Assembly (NCBI RefSeq): GCF_009914755.1
Contig: NC_060934.1
Direction: 5' to 3' (one strand)
Length of the DNA stretch: 64,000 nt
Source of the DNA: the human T2T-CHM13v2.0 reference genome, Homo sapiens
The position numbers and the translations under genes were made by a program. Under the pieces are notes generated by a model, which made no database searches, was not told the origin of the DNA, and saw nothing but the letters and a program-made list of their open reading frames with translations. Below, piece after piece: positions 14,821 to 30,411 of the stretch. How positions within the stretch are numbered: the first letter of the stretch is position 1; each line of letters starts with the position of its first letter.

Positions 14821-15371
14821 CAAGAATATTAAAACAGCTCTGGATGAATCAGTAATCAGAGAAGATGCCAAAGCCATTTTCATGCCTGAAGTAATGGTAG
14901 GGTGATATAAAAGACAAGTTCAGCAGTCCAAAAATTTAGCGTATACCCAAAGGCTGTTTATGCTTTTTCCAAAAAGTCTGAATACTCAAAGACTGTATGT
15001 GTGCAGGGAGGGGTTCTTATTATTGACGTCAGAAGAATCATTTTTCTGAGTCACATTCTGCTTTCAAGAGATTTTCCTGAATTAATCTCTTTCACAAAGA
15101 TGGCTGATGGGTAGTCCCTGTCTCTACGGAGGCTGCAGAGAGGGAGGCCATCGTAGCAGGCTGCTTCTCTCACCTCATGGCTACTGTACAGGGCAGTTTA
15201 TCAAGTTCAGGCAGAAATTGCCATCCAGCATGTGCCAGACCAGGAAGAGGCAGAAGACCCAGCTTCGTGTCCTGGTCCTATCATCAGCTCACCAATGATC
15301 CTAGGCAAATCACCTGTCTTCCAAATCTGTAAAATGGGCCAATAATACCCATCCTATCTACCTTAGAATAA

Positions 15372-15730
<359 letters not shown>

Positions 15731-15985
15731 TAATTCTTTTTCTTTTCCTTTCCTTGCCTCCTTCCTTTCCTTTTTTTTTTCTCTTTATGATCAGTATCTT
15801 TCAAAAAAAGATTCGAGATGAAATTTCTAGCACACAGAAAACTGGACTCTCTACATTCAACAATAAGCTGGACAGGGAAGAGTAGTGAGTACATGGGAAT
15901 CCATTTCCTGACTTGATGCTTATCCTAATCACTGCTTGATGCTGCCCCTTAGCATCTGCCACCACCACCCCAAAATGGGGCTAAC

Positions 15986-17056
<1,071 letters not shown>

Positions 17057-18664
17057 TAGTTATTCTGACTATAGTAAACATTTCTGACATGCATCTTTCA
17101 ATTGTTCCTTCTAACAACCTTAGGAGATAAGGACAATTATGAATCCCTCTTTAAAAGATGAGAAAACTAAGCCTAAAGACAGTAATTTTTTTCAGAGTCA
17201 CATCTTGTATGCAGAAGAGCACAGATTTGAACTCGGATCTCTATGTCTTGATCTCTGTGCTATTATGAGACGTGATCAATGGCTCCACCTCAACATTCTC
17301 ACAGCTTCTTCTTGTAGCTCTGCTGAAAGAATACACGTGGATGCCAATTAATTAATATCAATGTTGTTATTTGCATGAATTTTTTTCATATAAACGAATA
17401 ACTAGAAGCGGAATGCACTTAGTGGTATCCATAAAACAGTTTTTACATTTGCATACACAGCTAAGAAGTTGCAGTGATGGACTTTCTATGTCTCTCTCCT
17501 CTCCCTTTTATCCATTTCGTTCTGCCTCTCACTCCCTCCCAGTCTGCTATGTTAGAGAGGATTAAAATGCATGCTGTATTCCCTGCAAAAACAACAGGCA
17601 TTTCTCTTTGGTGACTCATTTGATGCAAATAAGTTGCAGGAATCAGGGGATTCCACTCTTGGTGCCTTTGAAAAAGTTGTAATGATAAAGTCTAAAAGGA
17701 AACAAATTACTGCAGAACAAGGAGATTCTATGTTCTTTCATTGTAAACAGATGAAGCATTGGGTTAAATCATAATGACTTACTTTAGTGTGGATTTTTTA
17801 TAACTTCCACATTCATTACCATTTTCATTTGGCACATGAGTGATACATGACCACAGCAATTGCAAAATATTCCACACATAGCTTCACCCCCAGAGAATGA
17901 AAGAGGATATTTATCAACTGTGCTATACCCAGAAGGCTACATTTAATACAGATTTTTGCTGTTGTGAAAGGGTAGGAAAACAGAATAAACACCTAGAAGA
18001 CACATACCTGCCCAAGAAATGTTACTACATCATTGTCTCTCTCCTGCACTGTTCACTCAGTGTGTATTACTTCTAAGCTGTTCCACCACCTTCTCCATGG
18101 AAGCTTCATTCAAAGTCAGTGGGAAGAGAAAATATGCCATATTCTACTAAGAATAAGAATGCTACTCCAGATCATTGACTTCAATTCAGCTCTCCAGTTT
18201 AATTTGGGAGACTTCAAATTTATTTAACATTCTGTATTACCCTCTCTAGTTAACAATTCTGCTGACAGTAAGACATTCATACCCAGTCACCAATGAAAGC
18301 AAGCATTTTATTGATGGTCTCAAGTGAACTAATTATTCCAAAGACTTTCAAAAAGACTTTCAAAGATTTCAAAGATTTCTGAAACTCTTCATGTCTTGTG
18401 TCTGCCTCCTTTCAACTTTTGTCTCTTCCAAGATTATTGCGTCAGCAAAGGAAGATAGGCTAGTCTGCTCAATACACATCACAACATTATAGAGCTTGTC
18501 AAAAACAAACAAACAAACAAAACCTTTCTACTCTGTTCCTTGCAATGATCTTCCATATTTCCCCAAAAAACCTTTCCCCCCATCATCTCCAAAACAAGAA
18601 ACTTCCAGTCACAAAAGTCTAAATTCAAAAGGATAAAGTATTTTTAATAATAGAGTAAAAAAAC

Positions 18665-18968
<304 letters not shown>

Positions 18969-19660
18969 TTAAACCTTGCAAAATAAATAAGTCAACACCA
19001 AGGACACCTTGCTGAATCATTTTAGGGTTTATAATAACCAGCCACTGGAGTTAGAAACAAAACTGCCTTTAGCAAATACTCCTCCCTAACACTGGCTTTC
19101 TGAAACCCCATGTTTTATTCCTTTGAGTGCACAGGCACAGTGTGGAGGCTAAAGGGAGGCTTCCTATTATCTAGGCCAGCTGTTTTCTAGCTAACAGAAG
19201 AAGGAGGCTGTGTTGGGATCGGTGAGGGATGCAGCGCGGGGAAGGCAGAGAGTTGGTTCTGGGTCCGACTTCCACCAAAGAAAATTCAGCTCTTATGCTT
19301 TATTTTCTGGGCTTCCAGGTGAGCCTTCATCTGAAGAAAGGGTTCCATAGCTAAAAATAAACACACATGTTGAAAAATCCCCAACCTACCCAATCCTTTC
19401 ATTTTAAAAAGGAGGAAAATGAAGGCCTGTAAGTGACTACAGCAAGTGAGAGAATGAGTAGCCAAGGCAGGAGTGGACCAGCCACAGGCTCTGAGCAACA
19501 TGCTCTCATGCGTGCACTCTCTCCAGATCGCCAAGTACATTGCCCCTACAGGACGTGTCCCTGTCATCCATCATAGGGTTCAGGTCTATCCCCTGCAGCT
19601 CTTCCTCGCACAGCGCACAGCCATATAAGCGCAGGCTTGCAGGTAGGGTGTTGTTGCTGA

Positions 19661-20010
<350 letters not shown>

Positions 20011-20929
20011 CTATTTTAATCACTTTTAAAGTACTAGACACAGAGGCCACAGGCAGAATAGTAGCAAAAGCCCTGCCTATGTAAGATGAAAAATAAAAAT
20101 ATTCTGAAGTTTTCAGAAGTCAGTACTCCAGAAGTAAATCAATAGAAAATAATATTCGGTTGATAAAAATTGAATTTATACTCAAATTGTGAAAGAAGCA
20201 GGTGGAAAGGATGTGAACACACCCTACAGGATCTGTCTGCTGGCTGTGACCTTCATTCTTACAGCCTTCACTCATAAGGTAGCAAACCACAGCTGAGCTG
20301 TGTGGGTTCTGGCCCGGGTGCCACTCTGAGAAAACATCACGGACTTCCTAGACTCTGCAGTCACTTGGGGTTGCATTCTGGATGAATGCCACAGTTGCTG
20401 GCTCCTGGAAGGGAGGCTCTACATTTTCTAAAATGTGACAAAAACCTAAAGGGGCATAACAAAAACTGGTAAGGGGGGTGCACTATGCCAGCTATCCCTG
20501 GGGATTCTCATTTACAAAAGGGCTCCTTTAAATAAACTCTTAAAATAGTCCTGGTTTACCACTCACTAGTTGGGTGATTTAGCAAGTTATTTTATCTATA
20601 CGTATCTCCATATTCTCACCTGTAAGATGGGGATAATTATGATACCTACCTCATGGGATGTTGTGAAAATTTAAGGAAACAGTTCCTGATTCCTGACAAA
20701 TATTAGTCATTATTGTTATTATTCTTTAAACAAGAAAAAAAAAGACATTAAGTACTAAATAGAGAGGCCAGGGGCAGGAAAGTAGCAAGAGCTGGGGAAT
20801 TTGACATGAAAAGTCAAAATGAAATGTTTCTGAAGCTTAATGTAAGTTGATAGACAATAATAATTGGTTGATAAAAAGTGGAACTTACAGATTGGGATCA
20901 TAGCTAGCTCTACCATCTTCTCTGGGACC

Positions 20930-21100
20930 TCGCCGCTCAAAACCCGGACATTGAGCCGCAGCAGCGCCCTCACCTGGGAACTTCTTAGAAATGCAGAATG
21001 TCAGCACCCAACCCGGACTCTCCAGGTACTGAATCAGAATTCGCATTTCAACAAGATTTCCGGGGAATTTATGTGCATGTTACAGTTAGAGGAAGCCTGC
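20930..21100. mobile_element. MER5A-type hAT DNA transposon remnant
   Basis: cacctgggaacttcttagaaatgcaga...tactgaatcagaa...gcatttcaacaagat. Confidence 0.8.
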
Positions 21101-21329
21101 TTGATGGTATGTACTGAGAGTTTAGCATGTAGGTCAAAGGAACAAGACCTCATTCTCTAGTTACATCTCCATACATTATCCTAAATCTTACACTGCTTTC
21201 CATTAGCTAAATGGTCAACTAACCATCTGTTAAGCAGATGCCCCTTTAAGGGACAGCATAATACTTAAGTATCTAAAGCAACTAACTCACCTTTTGTTAG
21301 TAATTTCAATAATTTTAAAATATCATCAT

Positions 21330-21720
21330 CAAGTGCTAACATTTATAGAGCCCTTAAAACATGCAGGAATCAACATAAGGTGCTCTCCATATGTTCTCAT
21401 TTAATACTCACACCCCCCACTGGAGTAACCATTACTATCCCCATTTTATAGAGGAGAGAACTGAGGCTCAGAGAGGCTACATCATTTTCTCAAGACCAAA
21501 TTAAATGGGGGAAAGAAGGCCTTTTTGAAATCCATTCTCTTTCTACAAATTCAAACCCCACTCCCACAACATCAAAATAATGTATCTGTGCACTGGGGAG
21601 CAGCAATAATTATCCCCCTTTTCAGATAAGGAAAACTGAGACACAGAGAGCCAATGAATTATACAAAGTCACTGACCTGAAACTTAGGTTAGAACTGGGT
21701 CCATTACAATTCAACAACTT
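21330..21720 (-). mobile_element. Two MIR fragments
   Basis: cccattttatagaggagagaactgaggctcagagagg and tttcagataaggaaaactgagacacagagag cores. Confidence 0.7.
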
Positions 21721-22295
21721 TTTCAAATTAAAGAATTCTGCTGCTAGAAATGGCAATGATAATGCAATGGCATTGGAGACAATGCCATGGCATTTTATTT
21801 CTGTTGGAAATAAAACACATCCAACAGAAAGAAGGATTTCCATGTATGAAGCTTTGTACAACCAAACCAAGGCACCTCAAATTTTGATCTCTGATCGTAA
21901 GAGATTATGAGGATGTCAGTTTCTTTGGGAAAACAGAGTTTCCAGACTCTTATTGCCATCGCCCCATCAATGTGGCAACTGATGCTTATCCACACATCTC
22001 AGCTAGCATCCTACATGACATTACTTCTGCATGCCTGTGAAATTCTCCTAACTACAGCCTCCCTGATTTCCTCACTAGGTCTTTACCCAAGTTTGATATC
22101 CAAATAGTTTAGAACTTGGCAAGATGAGTCAAAAATCTTTCCTTGATAGCCCCAGTGTCTATGGAAAATCAGAGACACAGGTTTTAGGATCCAGTGATGA
22201 GGGCTCCTTGCCCAGGCTCCACCCAGGGAATGCCTCCCTCCTCCATCCCTGGAGAGGGCAGCAGGGAACAAAGCAGGATTTCTTGGCTAAAAATG

Positions 22296-23010
22296 CTATA
22301 TTAGTTGCTAAGATGACAACAACAAAATACCACAGGCTATAGAAGTCCAAGACCAAAATGATGGCAGGTTTTGTTTCTTCTAAGCCCTCTCTTCTTGCTT
22401 GCAGATGACAGCCCTCTTGCTGTGACCTCACATGGATGAGCTTCATTGCACAGATGTGTCTGGTCTCTCTGTCTCTGTGCCCAGATTTCCTCTTCTTATA
22501 AGGACACCATTTGATATGGTTTGGCTGTGTTCCCACCCAAATCTCATCTTGAATTGTAGCTCCCATAATTCTCATGTGTTGTGGGAGGGACACAGTGGGA
22601 AATAATTGAATCATGGGGCAGTTTCCCCCATACTGTTCTCATGGTAGTGAATAAGTCTCATGGGATCTGATGGTTTTATAAGGGGTTTCTCCTTTTGCTT
22701 GGCTCTCATTCTCTCTTGCCTGCCACCATGTAAGACATGCCTTTCACCTTCTGCCATGATTGTGAGGCCTCCCCAGTCACATGGAACTGTGAGTCCATTA
22801 AACCTCTTTTCCTTTATAAATTACCCAGTCTCGGGTATGTCTTTATCAGCAGTGTGAAAATGAACTAATATACCATTCATACTGGATTAGGCTATTTTAA
22901 CTACATTACCTCTTTATAGAGCCTGTCTCCAAATATAGGCACATCCTGAGATACTGGGAGTTAGGGCTGCAACATAGAAATTTGGAGGAGACATAATTCA
23001 ACTCATAACA
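22296..23010 (-). mobile_element. MLT1-type LTR interrupted by THE1
   Basis: ctcttcttataaggacacca|THE1|ttcatactggattagg...gacataattcaactcataaca. Confidence 0.8.
22512..22872 (+). mobile_element. THE1 solo LTR nested in MLT1
   Basis: tgatatggtttggctgtgt...actaatata with TSD ccatt. Confidence 0.95.
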
Positions 23011-23999
23011 GATGCTGAATGGATCACTAAGTCCTAGGGCTATGCTGAGGCCTTCTGGTCCATTCTGGGTTCAATAAGAACTAGAATTCACAGTAATCTG
23101 AATCTCTCGGCCTCATGACTCAGGGCACTCTGGGGGAGGAAGGAAGAGAACAAAATTCCAGGTCAGACACAAAACACGCCCCTTCCCTTCTCATTTCTGC
23201 TCCACGGGATCAGAGAAAAACAATTCTCAGCCTCACTGTCCACCAACCCAACCCACCTTCCTTCCCACACTCCGCTCATCACAGCTTAAGTAAGGCCACT
23301 CTGGTTTTTTGAGAATTTAAGTGGCACTCATAAAACAGTCTGAGTCAGAGACACAACCAGTTACTCAAAAGTACAAACTAAAGAACTCAGATCTGGCAGC
23401 CTGCAAGGCTTCTCCTGCCCTGGGGCAAGTGGTGATCAGCCCTCAGGAGCTGGCACGCGGTTTTCGAAGCAGCTGATCTGCCCAGCAGTAGGGGCTGGGG
23501 ACCAGAGCCAGCCTCCGGGCCAGCCCACTCAGCCCGGGGCAGTGGCACCGTAAATGCCAGCGAGTAGGAGGGAGGAAAACCTGCACAGCGTGAACCTGTC
23601 AGGAGGTGCTCACTTCACACAGGGTGTGTGCCAATGGCTTCTAAAAACAAATTAGGTATTTGGGGTTTATAGGTATCCAAATCATGACACAATAGAAACA
23701 GAACAAGAGTGATATTTGCTGTTAAAAAGAAAACCTATGCCCATCAATAAATCCATTAACTTAGATAGCCCTAATTTTCAATTTTAGTAATCCAGCTATT
23801 CCTCATATCATCAAGTTTTAAGCTTGGTTCTCAAAACCTTCTCATATTAATATAAAATTATATCATCTTCCTTAGGGTTTTAAAAGATCATTTTGCCATT
23901 TCATTTGGTATGTGATAAATAAGTGCTTTAAAGTAATGATTTTAAATCAATATATTATTGAATATACTGAAGATTACATTTTAGAGATCTCTTGTGGTT

Positions 24000-26540
24000 G
24001 CAAACTAATACAACTATAGAGGAAAATTACACCAGCAAAAAGACAGGAGGAAACATTAATCCCCCACTAGAAATCTCTGTATTAATCCCCCTATTAGTTA
24101 ATTAACATATACCAAAAAAAAGAATCACTAAGACATTTAAGGAAAACAAAAGCACAAAATTGGACCAAGATGAATACACAAACACATGATTCTAGAGAAA
24201 ATAGATAATTTAAGCAACAGAAGAAAAGAACTAAATAAAAATTCAAATTGATATCCTCTAAGGCATTTGAGAACAAACTGTATCCATGAAGCTAATCTGG
24301 GAAAAAATTAAAAGAGCAATCACAGAAAAAGAGAGTTTACAGAAATAAAAAAATAACAATTATGAAAATAAAAAGAAATGCAACAGACAGGCTAGAAAAC
24401 AAAATGTCAAGAAACCCTCCCATAAAGTAGAGCAAAATAAAGGAGATTAAAAATGTAAAAAAAAAAAAAAAGAATTAAGAGATATGGAAGAGGTCCAATA
24501 TCTATTGAATAGGAGTTCCAAAAAGAGAGGACAAAGAAAGTAAAGGAGAGAAACTGAAAAAAACAGAATTCTCCAGTCCTGAAGGAAGACACAAGTTTCA
24601 GAATGAAAGAACAAACTAAGTGCTGGACAGGATGAAGAAAAATGACAAAATAGCTAGACATACACTGGTGTAATTTTAGAACTCTGAACATACAGAGAAC
24701 ACCCTAAAAGCTATCAGATACCAGTTCAGGTTACCAAGAAGGGAAAAGGACTCAGACTACCATGAGGCTTGGCAGTCACTGTGAAGTCAGAAGAAAACAA
24801 TTCAGCATGTGGAGAAAATAAGAAATTTTCAGACAGGGAAGGATTCCACTTACCTCTTATGCACCCTTACTGAAAAAAATTACTTGAAGACTGACTCACA
24901 CAGGAGAAAAAACTAATTCCCAAAAAGAAAACTGCAGATTCCAAGAAAATGTGGAATTCATTTAGAAATAAAATGGGATTAGGGGGAATCCCACAGTGAC
25001 AGCTATATAACAGATCTAGAAGCCAGTGAGTCCAAATTAGAAGATAGAGTCTCCAAGAAAACATCTTCAAGAAAGTAGATTTCATTCAACAAGTTATGAT
25101 TCAGAGCCTGGACGATCTTAGTAATGCTATTAATAAATTCATTTTGCTTAGCAAAAAAAAAAAAAAAAAGAATTGGAATTAAAAGCTTTATGTAAATTAA
25201 AAATCTGTATAAAAAACCATAATCTAAATATGAAGCAAACTAAAGAGTCATAAAATTTTGAGAAAAAAAAAGGAGGTTGTTGGAAAAGGGCCCTTGGATG
25301 ATGCTTTAATAATGCTTAAACATGTACTTTGAGCAAGACAGATTTAATGCTCAGAATAATTCCTTCTCTAAGGGTCCAGTCACAGTGTCTGCTTCTGCAG
25401 TGAAGAATATTTGCATAATTTTAATGTTACAGATAATTTATATTGGTTTTCAGCTCTAAAAATCAACTTATAATAAAAAAGAAAGCATAAAAGTTAGATT
25501 TAAAATATATAAACCTTGACAATGTAAAAGTAAGGTGTCTTCTGACAGCAGTCAGAAGACAGAAAGTGTGGGTAGGAGAAGAGAAGTGAGGTGGAAGGGT
25601 GATAATGTCCTCATTCTACCTAATAGGGGTAAGAAGGTATTATGTAGAGTCAGATAAAAAATAGCAGTATATTATTTAGAGTTATAAAATGGCTCTATAT
25701 CAATGGTAGATTTAAAACTAATAAAACTCTGGAAGTGAACATTAAAACCAATTGAGAGACATTGTTGAAATAAATATAAATCCAAACATATTATTTAGAA
25801 TTATAGTATTACCATCCAGAAGTAAAAAGTAAACTTTTATAAACAGTTATGTCTGCTATAAAAGGGCAGCCCAAAGGATCCTTGTGGTGATGAAACTGTT
25901 GTATATCTTGACTGAATTGGTGTCAATATACTGGTTGTGATATTATACCACAGTATTGCAAGATGTTGCCCCAATCCATGAGAGAATTAAGCAAAAAGTT
26001 ATTTTAATGATTCTATTCTTTGTTTTTTTTCAGATGGGGTCTCACTATGTTGTCCAAGCTGGTCTTTGAACTCCTGGACTCAAGCAATCCTCCCACCTCA
26101 GCCTCCCAAGTTGCTGGGATTATAGGCACAAGTCACCACATCCAACCTGTGACTCTACTCTTGATTCTACCAAAGAAGTCTAACAAGCTAATACATTTCC
26201 AGATGCATAAGCAATAAGTTAATTCATTACATATGAAGGATGCATTCGAGCATTATGGATTACTTCTCTTGTAAAACCTCACTGAGAGAGAATGATCTAC
26301 ATAGAACACTACAAATAATCACTGAGGTAAATTAAAGAAAACCTAAATTAGTAAAGATATATATCATGTCTATGGATTATAAGGTTCAATATATAAGATC
26401 CTTATTTCTCTGAAATTAATTCATGAATTCAATGTAACCCTAATAATATTCTCAGCAGGTGTTTTAGATAAAAGTTGACAAACTGGTTTTAAAATAGACA
26501 TGAAAATGTAAAGGGCCTAGGATTGCCAAAAACAATTAAA

Positions 26541-26572
<32 letters not shown>

Positions 26573-28050
26573 TCAAAGATGGAGAACTTACTCTACATGG
26601 CATAATTAAGATGATGTAGTATTGCCATAATGAAAGACAAATTAATCATTGAAACAGAATAGGAATTCCAGAAACAGATCTACACTTATAAATGATTGAC
26701 TGGTTCTTTGCAAAGGCCCCAGTGCAATTCAATGAGGAAGGGAATCTTTTCAACAAATGAGGCTGGAACAATTATATATCCCTGTGAAAAAAAAAAATTA
26801 ACCTCAACCCCTACCTCACACCATATACAAAAATTATTTTGAGAGGAATCATAGATGTAAACTTAAAATCTAAATCTCTAATAGTGTCATAAAAATATAG
26901 AATACCTTTGATATCCTGGGATTAGGCAAAAACTCCTTGGATAGGATAATAAAATCACAAAAATGTATAAAAATTGATACATTAAACTTCACCAAAATTA
27001 AACACTCCATTCATCAAAAGACACTATTAAGAAAATAAACAGGCAAACCTCAGGCTGGGAGAAAAGTATGTGCAAAACATAAAGCAGACATATAACCTGT
27101 ATTTAGAATACATTTTAAAAAAAACTCCTACAACTCAATAAGAAAAATAATGCAGGTTAAAAACAGAGGGGTAGAGAGACTTGAATAGATACTTCACAAG
27201 GTTAGATATGCAAATGACCATTATCCACATTAAAAAGTTCTCAAATAATTAGCCATGAGGTAAATGCAAAGTAAAAATCACAACAAGATACCACTATGCC
27301 AAATTAAAATACCAAATATTGGTGAGGATGTGAGACAATTGTAACTCTAATACATTTCTAGTGAGAATATAAAATGGTTACAACAGTTTTTGAAAAATGT
27401 TTGACAATTTTTCTTATTATAAATATACACCTACCCTCCGACCTAGCAATTCCACATCTAGATCTTTTACCAAGAGAAATGAAAACATAAATCCACAAAA
27501 AAGACTTTTCCAAGAATGTTCACAGCAGCTTTATTCATATTAGTAAATAGCTATAAACAACAAGAATGTCCATCAATAGAATGGATAATCAAATTGTGAT
27601 ATACCTATATAATGGAATATTACTCAGCAATAAAAAGGAATGAACTACTCCCATACACAACAAAATGGAGGCATCACACAGACCTTACACTGAGTGGAAA
27701 AAGCCTTACACAAAACAGTGCGTAGTATATGAGTCAATTTATGTGAAGTTCTAGAAAAGGCTAATCTAATTAGGACCTTGATTGTCTGGGAGTGAGAGGA
27801 TTCACTGACAAAGAACACAAGAGAATTTCTGGAGATATGAAAATATTCAATATTGTGATAGAGGTCTATGGGTGACATAGGTGTATCTATCTGTAAAACT
27901 TCTATAGCCAAGATTCTTACATTTCAATGTATGTCAATTATGCCTTAAAAACAACTGTTAAAAATAAGAGAGGATGTAGAAATTTAGAAAAAATAAGAAT
28001 GGCAGAGTGTTGAAGCTGGGCGATGGGTACTTGAGGTTCATTATACTATT
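24000..28050 (+). mobile_element. Old L1M (MC/MD/ME-type) fragments
   Basis: A-rich degenerate ORF1-like and ORF2/3'UTR motifs (tcttttcaacaaatg, cacaccatatacaaaaatt, cctagcaattccac, atggaatattactcagcaataaaaaggaatgaa); boundaries approximate. Confidence 0.8.
26015..26147 (-). mobile_element. FLAM/Alu monomer
   Basis: Single antisense monomer. Confidence 0.8.
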
Positions 28051-28542
28051 TTTTTATTGTTTATCATAGAAATATTCAAACATATGCAAAGTAAAAAATG
28101 TACACTGAATTTTAACTATGCATTACAGCAACATGACAAGATGTTTAGAATTCTAATAGTTTGGGCTTAAAAAATTCAGCTGGTTGATTTTCATTACTTT
28201 AAGTCTTTATGAATAGTAAGCTAAAACATAAGATTTCAGTTGTCTATTTGCAAATATTTTCTCTGTAAATACCACATTGCAAGTGAAAGCCTATATTGCT
28301 AATAACGAAAAAGACAATCATTAATACATGATCTTTAAAAAATGTTGGCTTTTGAAATACTACAGATATTCTAATGAGTTACAGAATTTTAATGAGATGA
28401 ATGAAACATACAAATCTGGAGAAGATCAACTTGAGAATAAGAATTTGCAGAATTAAAATAATTTCAACGATAAAAGTGATTCATTTGTATTTTAACATCA
28501 GTGTTTTTTTGTTTCTTGTCATTAATCACTGGTCTATCATGA

Positions 28543-28848
<306 letters not shown>

Positions 28849-29229
28849 AATATTTTTTAATGACATAACACATCATAGCTAGAATTATTCATATAAATAA
28901 TAAATCAACTCCACCAATCATAATATACTTTCCCTCGCTAGACATTTAGAAGCTCTCAAATGTTCTTAAAAAGAAAAATATTTAAATAATTATTTTATTT
29001 GTTGATGTTTTCAAATAGAAAGTATATTAGAAACCACTGTCCCTTTTAAATACATAAACTTTGGGAGTACCTAGATGAATTAACTCAGACATTTGGAAAC
29101 CTCTTAATAGGAAAATTCTACACTACATATAATTTTTGCTGAATGAAACTTAATAGTTTTGATACATGGAATCGCCTTTGTAAAATACTCTGAGTTTTAC
29201 AGCCTTAGACATAAATAAACAAAATGAAA

Positions 29230-29650
29230 CTGTCTATGTTCCTTCAGTTTGGAATGCCCTTCATACTCTTACAGACATCCTCTCCATCCATTGATCAAAA
29301 GAATTTTAGTTACCTTCAACACTCATCTCAAAGGTTACTTTTTCCTTGAATCCCTTCTAATTACTAGTCCGAATGCATCACCCTACTCTGCTGCCACAGC
29401 AGCTTATCTAACCTTGACTATGGCATGTTCGTCTTACGGGAGTATTTGTCTGTGTGTGTGCCTTCCAGCAGGTCCCTGTTTTTAGTTTAGTAGAGGTGAA
29501 GCAAATGGTAGGCATAATTGTACCCATTTTACAGATGAGAAACCAGAGACTGAAAAAGGTGAAATAACTTCCTCTAAGATCACTTCACCTACAGTGGCAG
29601 CACCAGGATCCCAGTACAAGGTGCCCACCTCTCCAGCCCATTCTCTTAAA
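29230..29650. mobile_element. L2 fragment followed by MIR
   Basis: tggaatgccctt...ctcatctcaaaggttac; cccattttacagatgagaa core. Confidence 0.6.
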
Positions 29651-30282
29651 GACTACAAGTGGCACTGCCTTCAGGAACACCTCAGGAGGTCAGCATTCAG
29701 TCATCTTCAACGCCTCCAATGCATCTGGTCTGTGCTCCACACATTACATGCTCTATAAATGCTTTTTGGCCTTTGTTTACATTATGTACTGTGAGAATAA
29801 GATATTCAATTAAAATAGTTTATCAGTTCATTCATCTGAACAGAGCCCAGAAGGGTCGCAGATAGAGGCTGGGGGCACAGAACACTACCACCCTCTACTG
29901 GAGAATCAGTTTCTTACAGGAAACATTCACGTTTCTCACTACACGTGAGCTTCACTCCTTTTCAGCATCAATGTAAAGGAGTGAATGTACTCACTAAATC
30001 TTTATCCCTGGAAAAATGTGTGGATTCTCTTTGTGGAAATAATATGCAAAGTGTAAACTGACATGCCCAGGAGTGCCAGAAATAAAGATACTGGACTTAC
30101 ACTCTCATGAAACAGGAATCACTTTTTATTTTCTTTATTTTCTTTTCATTGGTGTGGTTAGATCAACATGGAGTGACTTTTGAATAATACAGAGAACCTA
30201 TGTCTAAATTCAGCTGGCCACCTGCCAACATAATTTATTTGGCATTTGTGTGATTAGGCTTTTCTAGTTAGCGACTCGAACA

Positions 30283-30411
<129 letters not shown>

